64,000 bases of DNA from Escherichia coli. GTDB taxonomy: Bacteria; Pseudomonadota; Gammaproteobacteria; Enterobacterales; Enterobacteriaceae. How positions within the stretch are numbered: position 1 is the stretch's first letter; each line of letters starts with the position of its first letter. Both the position numbers and the translations under genes were made by a program. Of this stretch, positions 37,849 through 48,612 are shown piece after piece. The stretch lies in the NCBI RefSeq assembly GCF_051903065.1, contig NZ_CP178438.1; one strand, given 5' to 3'. A model generated the notes under the pieces. That model ran no database searches and was not told where the DNA came from. It saw nothing but the letters and a program-made list of their open reading frames with translations.

Positions 37849-38893
37849 ATTTCAGCGCCCGACGCTGGCAGAAAATATCAGTATGCTCCGTAACGATTTA
37901 TTCGCCAGGCTGGACGTCAGTGACACGCTCCGGCGCATGGATGAAGACGTGCGGGCAAAGGTGTATGCGGCGGCGCTGCATACGGTTTACGGTTACATCG
38001 ATTATCTGGCAATGAACATGCTGCCTGACCTGTGCGATGAGTCCTGGCTGGCGCGACATGCTGCGATGAAACGGTGTCCGCGCAAGGGGGCGACGGCTGC
38101 CAGCGGGTATATGCGCTGGGAAGGTGTCAGCGATGGCCTGAAGGTGACCGCCGGGAGTGTTATTCAGCGCGATGACCTGGTTCAGTACACGGCAACTGCC
38201 GATGCAACCAGCTCCGGTGGTGTCCTGCGCGTGCCGATCGCCTGCTCAAGTGCAGGTGCGGTCGGTAACGCTGACGACGGTACGGCATTAATCCTGGTCA
38301 CGCCGGTGAATGGTCTGCCGTCTTCCGGTGTGGCTGACACCCTTACAGGCGGATTTGATACTGAAGAGCTGGAAACGTGGCGCGCCCGCGTCATTGAGCG
38401 GTATTACTGGACGCCTCAGGGCGGGGCTGACGGGGACTATGTCGTCTGGGCTAAAGAAGTGCCCGGCATTACCCGCGCATGGACATACCGTCACTGGATG
38501 GGAACGGGAACTGTCGGTGTGATGATTGCCAGCAGTGACCTGATTAATCCCATTCCGGAAGAATCAACGGAAACGGCAGCAAGACAACATATCGTGCCAC
38601 TGGCCCCGGTGGCAGGCTCTGATTTGTATGTATTCAGGCCGGTGGCACATACGGTGGATTTTCATATCCGCGTGACGCCGGACACACCAGAAATACGAGC
38701 CGCCATCACCGCGGAGTTGCGTTCGTTTCTTCTGCGTGATGGTTATCCGCAGGGAGAACTGAAGGTATCGCGTATCAGTGAGGCGATTTCCGGTGCGAAC
38801 GGGGAATATAGCCATCAGTTGCTTGCACCGGCAGACAATATCTCCATTGCGAAAAATGAACTGGCGGTTCTGGGGACGATTTCATGGACGTGA
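37835..38893 (+). CDS. baseplate J-like protein
   Basis: 352 aa; position and size. Confidence 0.65.
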
Positions 38894-39468
38894 CAAACGA
38901 TGATTACATCCGTCTGTTGTCGGCACTGTTGCCACCCGGTCCGGCGTGGTCAGCCAGAGATCCGGCGATTGCCGGTGCGGCACCGTCATTAACCCGCGTT
39001 CATCAGCGTGCGGATGCCCTGATGCGGGAGCTGGATCCGCGCACCACCACTGAACTGATAAACCGCTGGGAGCGTCTGTGCGGTCTGCCGGATGAATGTA
39101 TTCCCGCAGGGACACAGACCCTTCGCCAGCGTCAGCAACGACTGGATGCGAAGGTTAACCTGGCGGGCGGCATCAATGAGGATTTTTACCTTGCACAGCT
39201 TGCTGCCCTGGGCAGACCAGATGCCACCATCACGCGATACGACAAAAGCACCTTCACCTGCTCATCGGCCTGTACTGACGCGGTGAATGCGCCGGAATGG
39301 CGGTATTACTGGCAGGTCAACATGCCAGCTGCCACCAACACTACCTGGATGACATGTGGCGATCCCTGTGATTCCGCACTGCGTATCTGGGGGGACACCG
39401 TTGTCGAGTGTGTGCTTAACAAACTCTGCCCGTCGCATACCTACGTAATTTTTAAATATCCGGAGTAA
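38884..39468 (+). CDS. tail protein (YmfQ / DUF2313-like, Mu gp48-like)
   Basis: 194 aa; recalled resemblance to e14 YmfQ. Confidence 0.6.
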   Translation: MDVTNDDYIRLLSALLPPGPAWSARDPAIAGAAPSLTRVHQRADALMRELDPRTTTELINRWERLCGLPDECIPAGTQTLRQRQQRLDAKVNLAGGINEDFYLAQLAALGRPDATITRYDKSTFTCSSACTDAVNAPEWRYYWQVNMPAATNTTWMTCGDPCDSALRIWGDTVVECVLNKLCPSHTYVIFKYPE

Positions 39469-39471
39469 TCC

Positions 39472-40512
39472 ATGCATCGTATAGACACGAAAACCGCGCA
39501 GAAGGATAAGTTCGGCGCGGGTAAGAACGGTTTTACCCGTGGTAACCCCCAGACCGGCACACCTGCCACCGATCTGGATGATGACTACTTTGACATGTTG
39601 CAGGAGGAGCTTTGCAGCGTTGTGGAGGCATCAGGTGCCAGCCTGGAGAAGGGGCGGCATGACCAGTTACTTACCGCACTTCGCGCGCTGCTGTTAAGCC
39701 GCAAGAATCCGTTTGGCGATATCAAATCGGATGGCACGGTGAAAACAGCTCTCGAAAACCTTGGTTTGGCTAATTACGCAGACAAAGCAAGTCTGGCGAA
39801 TCAGGAGTTTTCTGGTCCCGTATCATCTAAAGACTGCGTTACCGCAACATCGGCAGATGGGGTAACCCGCAAAGTATCGCTTAATGCCAGTACGGGTTTG
39901 AAGATAGTTATTTATGATGGCGGAACTTACAAGGGGGCAATAAACATCCCGGCAAAAGACGGGACAATGGCACTTGTATCTGATTTGGCTAATTTTGCTG
40001 ATAAATTGAGTGCTTCTGAGCAATATTTTAAAGGACCTGTTTCATCCGGGGATGGGCTCATAGCAAAATATGGCACCGCAAAAATAATTCTGTCAGCCCA
40101 AAACGGTCAGAGAATTGTTGTTTATACAAACGACACTTACCGTGGAGCTATTAATATTCCACTTCGTGACGGAACTATGGCGCTCCTGGATGATGTTACT
40201 AATGTTAGCGCAACGCTGCTGGGTATATCTCAGTCATGGCAGAACGTGAAAGCCAGCCGTAGTGCCGGGGTTACGTATACCAACTCAACAGGCAGGCCCA
40301 TTGCAGTTTCAATCGCCGGAATAATGGCAACACGTCAGAATGGAGTTCAGTTGTCACTTGCCGTTAATGGCACAGAGGCTTCAAGTTTTGCCGTGACTGA
40401 CAGCTCGTTTGACATCAGGGGTAACGTATTTGCGATTGTGCCACCAGGAGCAACTTACAAACTTACAGCAAATAACATTAATTCTATTTTGACCTGGTCG
40501 GAGCTTCGCTAA
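39472..40512 (+). CDS. tail fibre protein
   Basis: 346 aa; conserved tail-fibre N-terminus ([47 protein letters not shown]..) and internal ~60-aa repeats. Confidence 0.75.
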   Translation: MHRIDTKTAQKDKFGAGKNGFTRGNPQTGTPATDLDDDYFDMLQEELCSVVEASGASLEKGRHDQLLTALRALLLSRKNPFGDIKSDGTVKTALENLGLANYADKASLANQEFSGPVSSKDCVTATSADGVTRKVSLNASTGLKIVIYDGGTYKGAINIPAKDGTMALVSDLANFADKLSASEQYFKGPVSSGDGLIAKYGTAKIILSAQNGQRIVVYTNDTYRGAINIPLRDGTMALLDDVTNVSATLLGISQSWQNVKASRSAGVTYTNSTGRPIAVSIAGIMATRQNGVQLSLAVNGTEASSFAVTDSSFDIRGNVFAIVPPGATYKLTANNINSILTWSELR

Positions 40513-40889
40513 TGAATACGGTAATCAAAGAGCAAAAATTCTTTAAGGACTCGGCCGGTGTGATTTTTTGCATCGACATCATGGAAATGAATGCTGAGTC
40601 ATGGGGTGAAGAAGTACAGGCCGGATGGCAGGAAATTAGTGCCGATGAAGCGCTATTAATTGCTAATCCACCGCCTACAGAGGAACAGCTATTTGAACAG
40701 GTTAGGGCGCAGAAACAGGCCCTGATTTCCGAGGCGACTGCAATTATAGATCCACTTAAGGATGCACTGGATGGTGGCTATATCGACGATGCAGACAAAC
40801 CAAGACTGACTGAATGGCAAAAGTACCGCTATGAGGTGACGAAAGTTGATCCGGGAAAACCTGTGTGGCCACCGAAGCCTACAGAATAG
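40512..40889 (+). CDS. tail fibre assembly protein (short)
   Basis: 125 aa directly after the fibre gene with ATGA overlap. Confidence 0.6.
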   Translation: MNTVIKEQKFFKDSAGVIFCIDIMEMNAESWGEEVQAGWQEISADEALLIANPPPTEEQLFEQVRAQKQALISEATAIIDPLKDALDGGYIDDADKPRLTEWQKYRYEVTKVDPGKPVWPPKPTE

Positions 40890-40964
40890 GAACATTTTTT
40901 ATAACCATCAAAAATCTGGTGATATTTCGCCTCTTCTCCTGTTTTTACAACAGGAGAAGCACTC

Positions 40965-41528
40965 ATGATTTACGGGTATGTTCGTGTATCAACAAATCAT
41001 CAGGATACAGAGTTGCAACGTCTTGCACTTGAGTCAGCTGGCTGTGAGCGAATTTATGAAGAATATGCCAGTGGCAGAACAGCTAATCGCCCTGTGTTAA
41101 AGGAATTAATTACGGTGATGAAAAGTGGAGATGAGTTGATTGTCTGGAAGTTAGATCGGATAGGGAGAAATGTGCTGCATGCGCTATTTATGTTTCAAAA
41201 TCTGCACGAAAAAGGTGTTAATTTTCGGAGTATTACAGATGGCGTAGACCTGAAAACAGCAAGTGGTCGCTATAATTTCCGTAATATTCTTTCTGCTGCG
41301 CAGTATGAATCTGATTTGAATAGCGAGCGAACTTTAGCTGGTTTGGCTATTGCCAGATCCAAAGGCCGGATTGGTGGGCGTAGACCGAAGTTTAGCGACG
41401 AGCAGTGGCAACAGATGGGAGCGCTCATAGCGGCAGGGAAATCACGGCGTTATGTTGCACGTATCTATAACGTTGGGCTATCAACCCTATATAAACGATT
41501 TCCTGTTACTGGCATTCAAACGAAATAA
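40965..41528 (+). CDS. Pin/Gin/Hin-family serine DNA invertase
   Basis: 187 aa; MIYGYVRVSTNHQDTELQ.. with catalytic Ser in YVRVST and C-terminal HTH. Confidence 0.9.
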   Translation: MIYGYVRVSTNHQDTELQRLALESAGCERIYEEYASGRTANRPVLKELITVMKSGDELIVWKLDRIGRNVLHALFMFQNLHEKGVNFRSITDGVDLKTASGRYNFRNILSAAQYESDLNSERTLAGLAIARSKGRIGGRRPKFSDEQWQQMGALIAAGKSRRYVARIYNVGLSTLYKRFPVTGIQTK

Positions 41529-41671
41529 TTTAAAAGCAATTTAAAGAGTTATTTGTCTAATGTTGGAAGCCGCAGCCACGTCGTATGCAAGAACGTGCTG
41601 CGGCTGGCTGGCGAACTTTCGATAGTGCGAGTATTGAATGATTTCCAGCCGTTACCGATTTTACGTGTTAA

Positions 41672-41920
41672 TTAGTGAACAAACCACTCGTCAGCAGATT
41701 CCCAGGTATCTTTCAGAGTCTCCTGAACAAAAGTTTTTGCAGAATCCTTATCTGCGGTGCGTGTAACAGAAAGGCCATCGTTGCTGGTGGCTTTTACGAT
41801 CACCTCTACATCGTCATAACGTTTACTGATGCGTCGGGTTAATTCTTCCTTTAACGCATCCACAGCACCGGTTGGCATTTTAGTCATTTTTTCTTTGGCT
41901 ATGCAGATTTCAATACGCAT
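41672..41920 (-). CDS. DinI-family protein
   Basis: 82 aa; [11 protein letters not shown]...[10 protein letters not shown] matches the recalled DinI pattern (MRIEVTIAK...ETWESADDWFV). Confidence 0.85.
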   Translation of the reverse strand: MRIEICIAKEKMTKMPTGAVDALKEELTRRISKRYDDVEVIVKATSNDGLSVTRTADKDSAKTFVQETLKDTWESADEWFVH

Positions 41921-41933
41921 AAAAGTCCCTCTA

Positions 41934-41979
41934 TACTGTGTTTGTATACAGTATTATTTTTAACTGTATAGATAAACAG
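41934..41979. promoter_or_regulatory. two LexA (SOS) boxes upstream of the dinI-like gene
   Basis: TACTGTGTTTGTATACAGTA (41934-41953, perfect CTGT-N8-ACAG palindrome) and CTGTATAGATAAACAG (41964-41979). Confidence 0.8.
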
Positions 41980-41981
41980 TG

Positions 41982-43079
41982 TCAAGAGGCCTTATTTCTG
42001 CTCCTTTGGAGCTCTTCAAAACGATTATGTAAAGATTTCGGATACAGTTCGGTATATACCTGCCATAGCACGTTTAATGAACGATGCCCTGTAACCTGGG
42101 CGACTTCCTCAATACTAAAACCAGCCTCAAATAAGCGACTTGCCCCTTCTCTACGCAAATCATGGTATCGCAGATCTTTAATACCTAATTTGCTTCTTAC
42201 CCTCTGGAATCCCGCAGTAACAGAAGTGCTGTTATATGGAAAAATGAATTCTGATTTTTTGGGTTGTCGTTGGACGATATCCCAGGCTTCCCCAAGCAAG
42301 GCTACTTTCATATGGTTGCCTTCCTTTTTACGTGGATCTTTCCTGTCTCTTACGAGTATGGATTTTTGTTCCTGATCGAGATCCTCCCATCGTAATCGGC
42401 ATACTTCACCGATTCGCATACATGACCACACAGAAAATTTGAGGATATCAACGAACGGAATTTTTGAGCATTTATGTGTAGATCGTTGTTGAAGACCTTC
42501 AATGAGCATGTCCAGTTCATCAGATGCCGGTCTACGATTACGACGATTTGATTTACCAATTAAACCAAGTTTAAGTAGATATGGACGAGCGGCTTTTGCT
42601 GGGTTTGATGTGTAATTAATTCCATATACAGGTTTGGCAGCATCCAGAACACTGCCAAGATAACTAACATCGTGGCTAACTGTAGCTGGACCTGCACCAG
42701 CGTTGTTTCTTAGCCTGCAATGTTCAATTACGTCATTTTCTGTCAGTTCAGATAGTTTGAGCGCGGAGACGTCACTATCCATAAGCAGTTCCAGCACATA
42801 TCTTTTAGTACGGCCTGCTTTACCTCCGGCATTTGGGTCATTTAAATATTTGTGTAGTAAGTCACGGACTGTAAGTCCGTCAACTGCATTTGATGATGGA
42901 ATGCCATATAGATCTAATTCCATCACTTTCTGTGTGCCCCATGTTTTGGCATGAGCATGTTTAGGGAATGTTTTACTTTCCCTGTAAGTGATAACACCTT
43001 TTTCTTTGATAATCACATTACAGCGATAGCGTGGTGTGCCATCGGATTTTAGTCGTTTCTCTATGTTATAGTATGCCAT
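41982..43079 (-). CDS. tyrosine integrase (dusA-targeting type)
   Basis: 365 aa; C-terminal ..HDLRREGASRLFEAGFSIEEVAQVTGHRSLNVLWQVYTELY with R..H..R..Y-type catalytic residues; abuts the dusA 5' end. Confidence 0.9.
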   Translation of the reverse strand: MAYYNIEKRLKSDGTPRYRCNVIIKEKGVITYRESKTFPKHAHAKTWGTQKVMELDLYGIPSSNAVDGLTVRDLLHKYLNDPNAGGKAGRTKRYVLELLMDSDVSALKLSELTENDVIEHCRLRNNAGAGPATVSHDVSYLGSVLDAAKPVYGINYTSNPAKAARPYLLKLGLIGKSNRRNRRPASDELDMLIEGLQQRSTHKCSKIPFVDILKFSVWSCMRIGEVCRLRWEDLDQEQKSILVRDRKDPRKKEGNHMKVALLGEAWDIVQRQPKKSEFIFPYNSTSVTAGFQRVRSKLGIKDLRYHDLRREGASRLFEAGFSIEEVAQVTGHRSLNVLWQVYTELYPKSLHNRFEELQRSRNKAS

Positions 43080-43160
43080 TACACGACCTCGTTATTTCGG
43101 GTTCCCATAAAACGTGGGAACCTGTGCGGGAACCTAACGCGAGAAAAATAGCCTGAAATG

Positions 43161-43271
43161 TTCAAAAATGCACGATAATCATGAAACACAAAAAATTAAT
43201 CAAACCAGCGTGATGCCTGAAAAAACTGGTGTTTACTGGAATTCTCGGTTTAGCATTGCTCCTATGCTCGA
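43161..43271. repeat. attR-side dusA 5' sequence (imperfect direct repeat of 4751-4861)
   Basis: Alignment by eye; this copy is fused in frame to the dusA body. Confidence 0.7.
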
Positions 43272-44205
43272 CTGGACGGACAGACATTGCCGCTATTTCT
43301 TGCGTCTGCTTTCCCGCAATACGTTGCTGTATACCGAAATGGTGACTACAGGGGCGATTATTCACGGTAAAGGTGATTATCTGGCGTACAGTGAAGAAGA
43401 ACATCCGGTAGCGTTGCAACTGGGCGGTAGCGATCCGGCGGCGCTGGCGCAGTGTGCGAAGCTGGCAGAAGCGCGCGGATATGATGAGATCAACCTGAAT
43501 GTCGGCTGCCCGTCTGACCGGGTGCAGAACGGCATGTTTGGTGCGTGTCTGATGGGTAATGCGCAGCTGGTTGCCGACTGCGTGAAAGCGATGCGCGATG
43601 TGGTGTCGATTCCGGTGACGGTGAAAACGCGTATTGGCATCGATGATCAGGACAGCTATGAATTTCTCTGCGATTTCATCAACACCGTTTCCGGCAAAGG
43701 CGAGTGTGAGATGTTCATCATCCATGCACGTAAAGCCTGGCTTTCGGGGTTAAGCCCGAAAGAAAACCGTGAAATCCCGCCGCTCGATTATCCGCGTGTG
43801 TATCAACTGAAGCGTGACTTTCCGCATCTGACAATGTCCATTAACGGTGGCATCAAGTCGCTGGAAGAAGCTAAAGCGCATTTGCAACATATGGATGGCG
43901 TGATGGTCGGGCGCGAGGCGTATCAGAATCCGGGTATTCTGGCGGCGGTAGACCGGGAGATCTTTGGTTCCTCGGATACCGATGCCGATCCGGTTGCGGT
44001 AGTGCGCGCCATGTATCCGTACATTGAGCGTGAACTCAGCCAGGGGACGTATCTCGGCCATATTACCCGGCATATGCTGGGCTTGTTCCAGGGTATTCCT
44101 GGCGCGCGGCAGTGGCGGCGTTATTTAAGTGAAAATGCCCATAAAGCGGGTGCAGACATTAATGTGCTGGAACACGCGCTCAAACTGGTGGCGGATAAGC
44201 GTTAA
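43168..44205 (+). CDS. dusA: tRNA-dihydrouridine synthase A
   Basis: 345 aa; TIM-barrel Dus motifs (..[18 protein letters not shown].., ..NLNVGCPS..); conserved position next to pspG. Confidence 0.9.
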   Translation: MHDNHETQKINQTSVMPEKTGVYWNSRFSIAPMLDWTDRHCRYFLRLLSRNTLLYTEMVTTGAIIHGKGDYLAYSEEEHPVALQLGGSDPAALAQCAKLAEARGYDEINLNVGCPSDRVQNGMFGACLMGNAQLVADCVKAMRDVVSIPVTVKTRIGIDDQDSYEFLCDFINTVSGKGECEMFIIHARKAWLSGLSPKENREIPPLDYPRVYQLKRDFPHLTMSINGGIKSLEEAKAHLQHMDGVMVGREAYQNPGILAAVDREIFGSSDTDADPVAVVRAMYPYIERELSQGTYLGHITRHMLGLFQGIPGARQWRRYLSENAHKAGADINVLEHALKLVADKR

Positions 44206-44338
44206 CTTTTCACCAAAAAGTAGTCAAATTCACCACGCCCTGCGCACCGTCGCGGGGCGTTTTGCTGTTAAATCAATAGATTATTTTTGGCATGATTCTT
44301 GTAATGCCAGCAAGAGATTTCATATTTGGGAGAGCATC

Positions 44339-44581
44339 ATGCTGGAACTACTTTTTGTGATTGGCTTTTTTGTCATGCTGATGGTCACCGGCGTTTCGTT
44401 GCTGGGCATTATCGCCGCGCTGGTTGTGGCGACGGCCATTATGTTCCTCGGCGGTATGCTGGCATTGATGATTAAGTTGCTGCCGTGGTTACTACTGGCG
44501 ATTGCGGTGGTGTGGGTTATTAAGGCGATTAAAGCACCAAAAGTGCCGAAATATCAGCGTTATGACCGCTGGCGTTACTAA
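44339..44581 (+). CDS. pspG: phage shock protein G
   Basis: 80-aa membrane protein MLELLFVIGFFVMLMVTGVS..; track ORF over-extended upstream. Confidence 0.8.
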   Translation: MLELLFVIGFFVMLMVTGVSLLGIIAALVVATAIMFLGGMLALMIKLLPWLLLAIAVVWVIKAIKAPKVPKYQRYDRWRY

Positions 44582-44746
44582 GGGATTGTGCGGATGATCA
44601 CAACCTAAGGTTTTATCCTTAGAACAAAATAGGAATTGATAATCAAATCTGTCACTATTGCGCCTCTAACAGATTCATCGTGCTGTACCCTACATACAGC
44701 CGAACTATAAAAAGAAAGGGCTTCCCAGGTGGAAGCCCTATTTCTT

Positions 44747-45730
44747 TTATGGAATCAACAGGCTGGAACCTTGCGTCGCCCGGCTTTCCAGAATCTCATG
44801 CGCACGCTGCGCATCCTTCAGCGGATATTTCTGCTGTTCGGCGACATCGACCTTAATCACACCGCTGGCAATCAAAGAGAACAGTTCATTACTGGCCTCG
44901 GTTAATTCCTCCCGCGTGGTGATATAGCCTTGCAGGGAAGGGCGTGTCACATACAACGAGCCTTTTTGATTGAGAATGCCTAAGTTCACACCGGTAACCG
45001 CACCTGATGAGTTGCCAAAACTCACCATTAAGCCGCGGCGTTGCAGGCAATCCAGCGACCGTTCCCAGGTGTCTCTGCCCACGGAATCGTACACTACGCG
45101 CACTTTCTTACCGCCGGTGATCTCTTTCAATCGCTCGACCAGATTCTCTTCACGATAGTTAATAACCTGCCACGCGCCCGCTTTTAGCGCGCTCTGCGCT
45201 TTTTGCGCGGTTCCTACGGTGCCGATAAGTTTCGCGCCCAGGGCTTTTGCCCACTGGCAGGCAATCAAGCCAACGCCGCCAGCTGCTGCGTGGAACAGGA
45301 ACTGTTCATCGGGTTTAATTTCATAGGTTTTGCGCAGCAGATAATAAACCGTTAAGCCTTTCAGGAAAGATGCTGCAGCTTGCTCAAAAGAAATTGCCGC
45401 AGGCAGAATCGCCGCTTTATCCGCATTAATGTTATGCACAGAGCTGTAAGCGCCTAACGCCGACTGCGCATAGACTACACGATCGCCAGCCTTAATATGC
45501 TTTACACCACTGCCGACTTTACTCACGATGCCTGCCGCTTCGGTACCTAATCCGCTGGGTAGTGATGGCGGCGGGTAAAGGCCGCTGCGGATATACGTGT
45601 CGATAAAATTGATGCCGATGGCTTTATTTTCGACCTGGATTTCATTCTCCGCCGGATCGGCAGGAGTGAACTCTACGGCTTGAAGTACTTCCGGGCCACC
45701 GTGCTTGTGAAATTCAATTCGTGTTGCCAT
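44747..45730 (-). CDS. qorA: NADPH:quinone oxidoreductase
   Basis: 327 aa from MATRIEFHKHGGPEVLQ..; zinc-free MDR family; track ORF over-extended by 36 codons. Confidence 0.85.
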   Translation of the reverse strand: MATRIEFHKHGGPEVLQAVEFTPADPAENEIQVENKAIGINFIDTYIRSGLYPPPSLPSGLGTEAAGIVSKVGSGVKHIKAGDRVVYAQSALGAYSSVHNINADKAAILPAAISFEQAAASFLKGLTVYYLLRKTYEIKPDEQFLFHAAAGGVGLIACQWAKALGAKLIGTVGTAQKAQSALKAGAWQVINYREENLVERLKEITGGKKVRVVYDSVGRDTWERSLDCLQRRGLMVSFGNSSGAVTGVNLGILNQKGSLYVTRPSLQGYITTREELTEASNELFSLIASGVIKVDVAEQQKYPLKDAQRAHEILESRATQGSSLLIP

Positions 45731-45812
45731 GTGTCCTCCAGAACGTATCGTCAGGGTCTGCTTCATATGGTAAAGTTTCGACCCATTCTTTATCTCGGTA
45801 ACTCCATTCACT

Positions 45813-47228
45813 ATGGCAGGAAATAAACCCTTCAACAAACAGCAGGCTGAACCCCGCGAACGCGATCCACAAGTTGCCGGGCTGAAAGTGCCTCCGCACT
45901 CGATCGAAGCGGAGCAGTCGGTGTTGGGCGGTTTAATGCTGGATAACGAACGCTGGGATGATGTAGCCGAGCGTGTGGTAGCAGACGATTTTTACACCCG
46001 CCCACACCGTCATATCTTTACTGAAATGGCGCGTTTGCAGGAAAGCGGTAGTCCTATCGATCTGATTACCCTTGCGGAATCGCTGGAACGCCAGGGGCAA
46101 CTCGATAGCGTCGGTGGTTTTGCTTATCTGGCAGAGTTGTCAAAAAATACGCCAAGTGCGGCGAACATCAGTGCCTATGCGGACATCGTGCGTGAACGTG
46201 CCGTTGTCCGTGAGATGATCTCGGTTGCGAATGAGATTGCCGAAGCTGGTTTTGATCCGCAGGGGCGTACCAGCGAAGATCTGCTGGATCTGGCTGAATC
46301 CCGCGTCTTTAAAATTGCCGAAAGTCGTGCGAACAAAGACGAAGGGCCGAAGAACATCGCCGATGTGCTCGACGCAACCGTGGCACGTATTGAGCAGTTG
46401 TTTCAGCAGCCACACGATGGCGTTACCGGGGTAAACACCGGTTATGACGATCTCAACAAAAAAACCGCTGGCTTGCAGCCGTCGGATTTGATCATCGTCG
46501 CCGCGCGTCCGTCGATGGGTAAAACAACATTTGCGATGAACCTCGTCGAAAACGCGGCGATGTTGCAGGATAAACCGGTACTTATCTTCTCGCTGGAGAT
46601 GCCATCAGAACAGATCATGATGCGTTCTCTGGCGTCGCTGTCTCGCGTTGACCAGACTAAAATCCGTACCGGGCAGCTCGATGATGAAGACTGGGCGCGC
46701 ATTTCCGGCACCATGGGTATTTTGCTCGAAAAACGCAATATCTATATCGATGACTCCTCCGGCCTGACGCCAACGGAAGTGCGTTCCCGCGCACGCCGTA
46801 TTGCCCGTGAACACGGCGGCATCGGGCTTATCATGATCGACTACCTGCAACTGATGCGCGTACCGGCACTTTCCGATAACCGTACGCTGGAAATTGCAGA
46901 AATCTCCCGCTCGCTGAAAGCACTGGCGAAAGAACTGAACGTGCCAGTGGTGGCGCTGTCCCAGTTGAACCGTTCTCTGGAACAACGTGCCGACAAACGT
47001 CCGGTCAACTCCGACCTGCGTGAATCTGGCTCTATCGAGCAGGATGCGGACTTGATCATGTTTATCTATCGTGATGAGGTGTATCACGAAAACAGTGATT
47101 TAAAAGGCATCGCGGAAATTATTATCGGTAAACAACGTAACGGCCCAATCGGGACGGTACGCCTGACCTTTAACGGTCAATGGTCGCGCTTCGACAACTA
47201 TGCGGGGCCGCAGTACGACGACGAATAA
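45813..47228 (+). CDS. dnaB: replicative DNA helicase DnaB
   Basis: 471 aa; Walker A ..ARPSMGKTTFAMN..; recalled N-terminus MAGNKPFNKQQ.. Confidence 0.95.
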   Translation: MAGNKPFNKQQAEPRERDPQVAGLKVPPHSIEAEQSVLGGLMLDNERWDDVAERVVADDFYTRPHRHIFTEMARLQESGSPIDLITLAESLERQGQLDSVGGFAYLAELSKNTPSAANISAYADIVRERAVVREMISVANEIAEAGFDPQGRTSEDLLDLAESRVFKIAESRANKDEGPKNIADVLDATVARIEQLFQQPHDGVTGVNTGYDDLNKKTAGLQPSDLIIVAARPSMGKTTFAMNLVENAAMLQDKPVLIFSLEMPSEQIMMRSLASLSRVDQTKIRTGQLDDEDWARISGTMGILLEKRNIYIDDSSGLTPTEVRSRARRIAREHGGIGLIMIDYLQLMRVPALSDNRTLEIAEISRSLKALAKELNVPVVALSQLNRSLEQRADKRPVNSDLRESGSIEQDADLIMFIYRDEVYHENSDLKGIAEIIIGKQRNGPIGTVRLTFNGQWSRFDNYAGPQYDDE

Positions 47229-47280
47229 TAATTATTTTATGAATTAGGTAATTAAAGCAAACACTTATCAAGGAACACAA

Positions 47281-48360
47281 ATGCAAGCGGCAACTGTTGT
47301 GATTAACCGCCGCGCTCTGCGACACAACCTGCAACGTCTTCGTGAACTGGCTCCTGCCAGTAAAATGGTTGCGGTGGTGAAAGCGAACGCTTATGGTCAC
47401 GGTCTTCTTGAGACCGCGCGAACGCTCCCCGATGCTGACGCCTTTGGCGTAGCCCGTCTCGAAGAAGCTCTGCGACTGCGTGCGGGGGGAATCACCAAAC
47501 CTGTACTGTTACTCGAAGGCTTTTTTGATGCCAGAGATCTGCCGACGATTTCTGCGCAACATTTTCATACCGCCGTGCATAACGAAGAACAGCTGGCTGC
47601 GCTGGAAGAGGCTAGCCTGGACGAGCCGGTTACCGTCTGGATGAAACTCGATACCGGTATGCACCGTCTGGGCGTAAGGCCGGAACAGGCTGAGGCGTTT
47701 TATCATCGCCTGACCCAGTGCAAAAACGTTCGTCAGCCGGTGAATATCGTCAGCCATTTTGCGCGCGCGGATGAACCAAAATGTGGCGCAACCGAGAAAC
47801 AACTCGCTATCTTTAATACCTTTTGCGAAGGCAAACCTGGTCAACGTTCCATTGCCGCATCGGGTGGCATTCTACTCTGGCCACAGTCGCATTTTGACTG
47901 GGTGCGCCCGGGCATCATTCTTTATGGCGTCTCGCCGCTGGAAGATCGCTCCACCGGTGCCGATTTTGGCTGTCAGCCAGTGATGTCACTAACCTCCAGC
48001 CTGATTGCCGTGCGTGAGCATAAAGTCGGAGAGCCTGTCGGTTATGGTGGAACCTGGATAAGCGAACGTGATACTCGTCTTGGTGTAGTTGCGATGGGCT
48101 ATGGCGATGGTTATCCGCGCGCCGCGCCGTCCGGTACGCCAGTGCTGGTGAACGGTCGCGAAGTGCCGATTGTCGGGCGAGTCGCGATGGATATGATCTG
48201 CGTAGACTTAGGTCCACAGGCACAGGATAAAGCCGGGGACCCGGTCATTTTGTGGGGTGAAGGTTTGCCCGTAGAACGTATCGCTGAAATGACGAAAGTA
48301 AGCGCTTACGAACTTATTACGCGCCTGACTTCAAGGGTCGCGATGAAATACGTGGATTAA
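47281..48360 (+). CDS. alr: alanine racemase (biosynthetic)
   Basis: 359 aa; PLP-lysine motif ..[11 protein letters not shown].. Confidence 0.9.
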   Translation: MQAATVVINRRALRHNLQRLRELAPASKMVAVVKANAYGHGLLETARTLPDADAFGVARLEEALRLRAGGITKPVLLLEGFFDARDLPTISAQHFHTAVHNEEQLAALEEASLDEPVTVWMKLDTGMHRLGVRPEQAEAFYHRLTQCKNVRQPVNIVSHFARADEPKCGATEKQLAIFNTFCEGKPGQRSIAASGGILLWPQSHFDWVRPGIILYGVSPLEDRSTGADFGCQPVMSLTSSLIAVREHKVGEPVGYGGTWISERDTRLGVVAMGYGDGYPRAAPSGTPVLVNGREVPIVGRVAMDMICVDLGPQAQDKAGDPVILWGEGLPVERIAEMTKVSAYELITRLTSRVAMKYVD

Positions 48361-48386
48361 TCGTTCTGTAATATTTGATTGTCTGT

Positions 48387-48417
48387 GCCGGATGCGGCGT
48401 GAATGCCTTATCCGGCC
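48387..48417. repeat. REP (repetitive extragenic palindromic) element
   Basis: GCCGGATGCGGCGTGAATGCCTTATCCGGCC, the canonical enterobacterial REP form. Confidence 0.8.
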
Positions 48418-48612
48418 AATAAAATCCTACCAATTCAATAAGTTGATATTCTTTCATGCTCTTATAAAGGTCGTGCCTCTGGCGGATGTACGTTTGTCAT
48501 GAGTCTCACTCTGTTGCTAATTGCCGGTCGCCCCTGAACATCCACTCGATCTTCGCCTTCTTCCGGTTTATTGTGTTTTAACCACCTGCCCGTAAACCTG
48601 GAGAACCATCGC

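Larger units (their letters stand above)
4751..43271. mobile_element. prophage (~38.5 kb) integrated in the 5' end of dusA; lambdoid regulation, HK97-like head, Mu/e14-like contractile tail
   Basis: Bounded by imperfect direct repeats of the dusA 5' region (4751-4861 and 43161-43271); integrase abuts dusA; complete set of phage regulatory, replication, lysis, packaging, head and tail genes in between. Confidence 0.9.

Noticed and set aside
41529-41671. Hairpin (GCCGCAGCCACG ... CGTGCTGCGGC) between the invertase and the dinI-like gene, considered as a recombination site
   Set aside because: Lies between convergent genes and looks like a bidirectional terminator; it does not resemble the AT-rich 26-bp gix/hix sites.
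44129-44338. N-terminal extension of pspG (150-aa track ORF) and similar track extensions of qorA, zur, ssb, aphA, tyrB, yjcB, pdeC, holin and protease
   Set aside because: The extensions run through intergenic DNA to the first upstream ATG/GTG/TTG; an internal start with RBS reproduces the expected N-terminus in each case.
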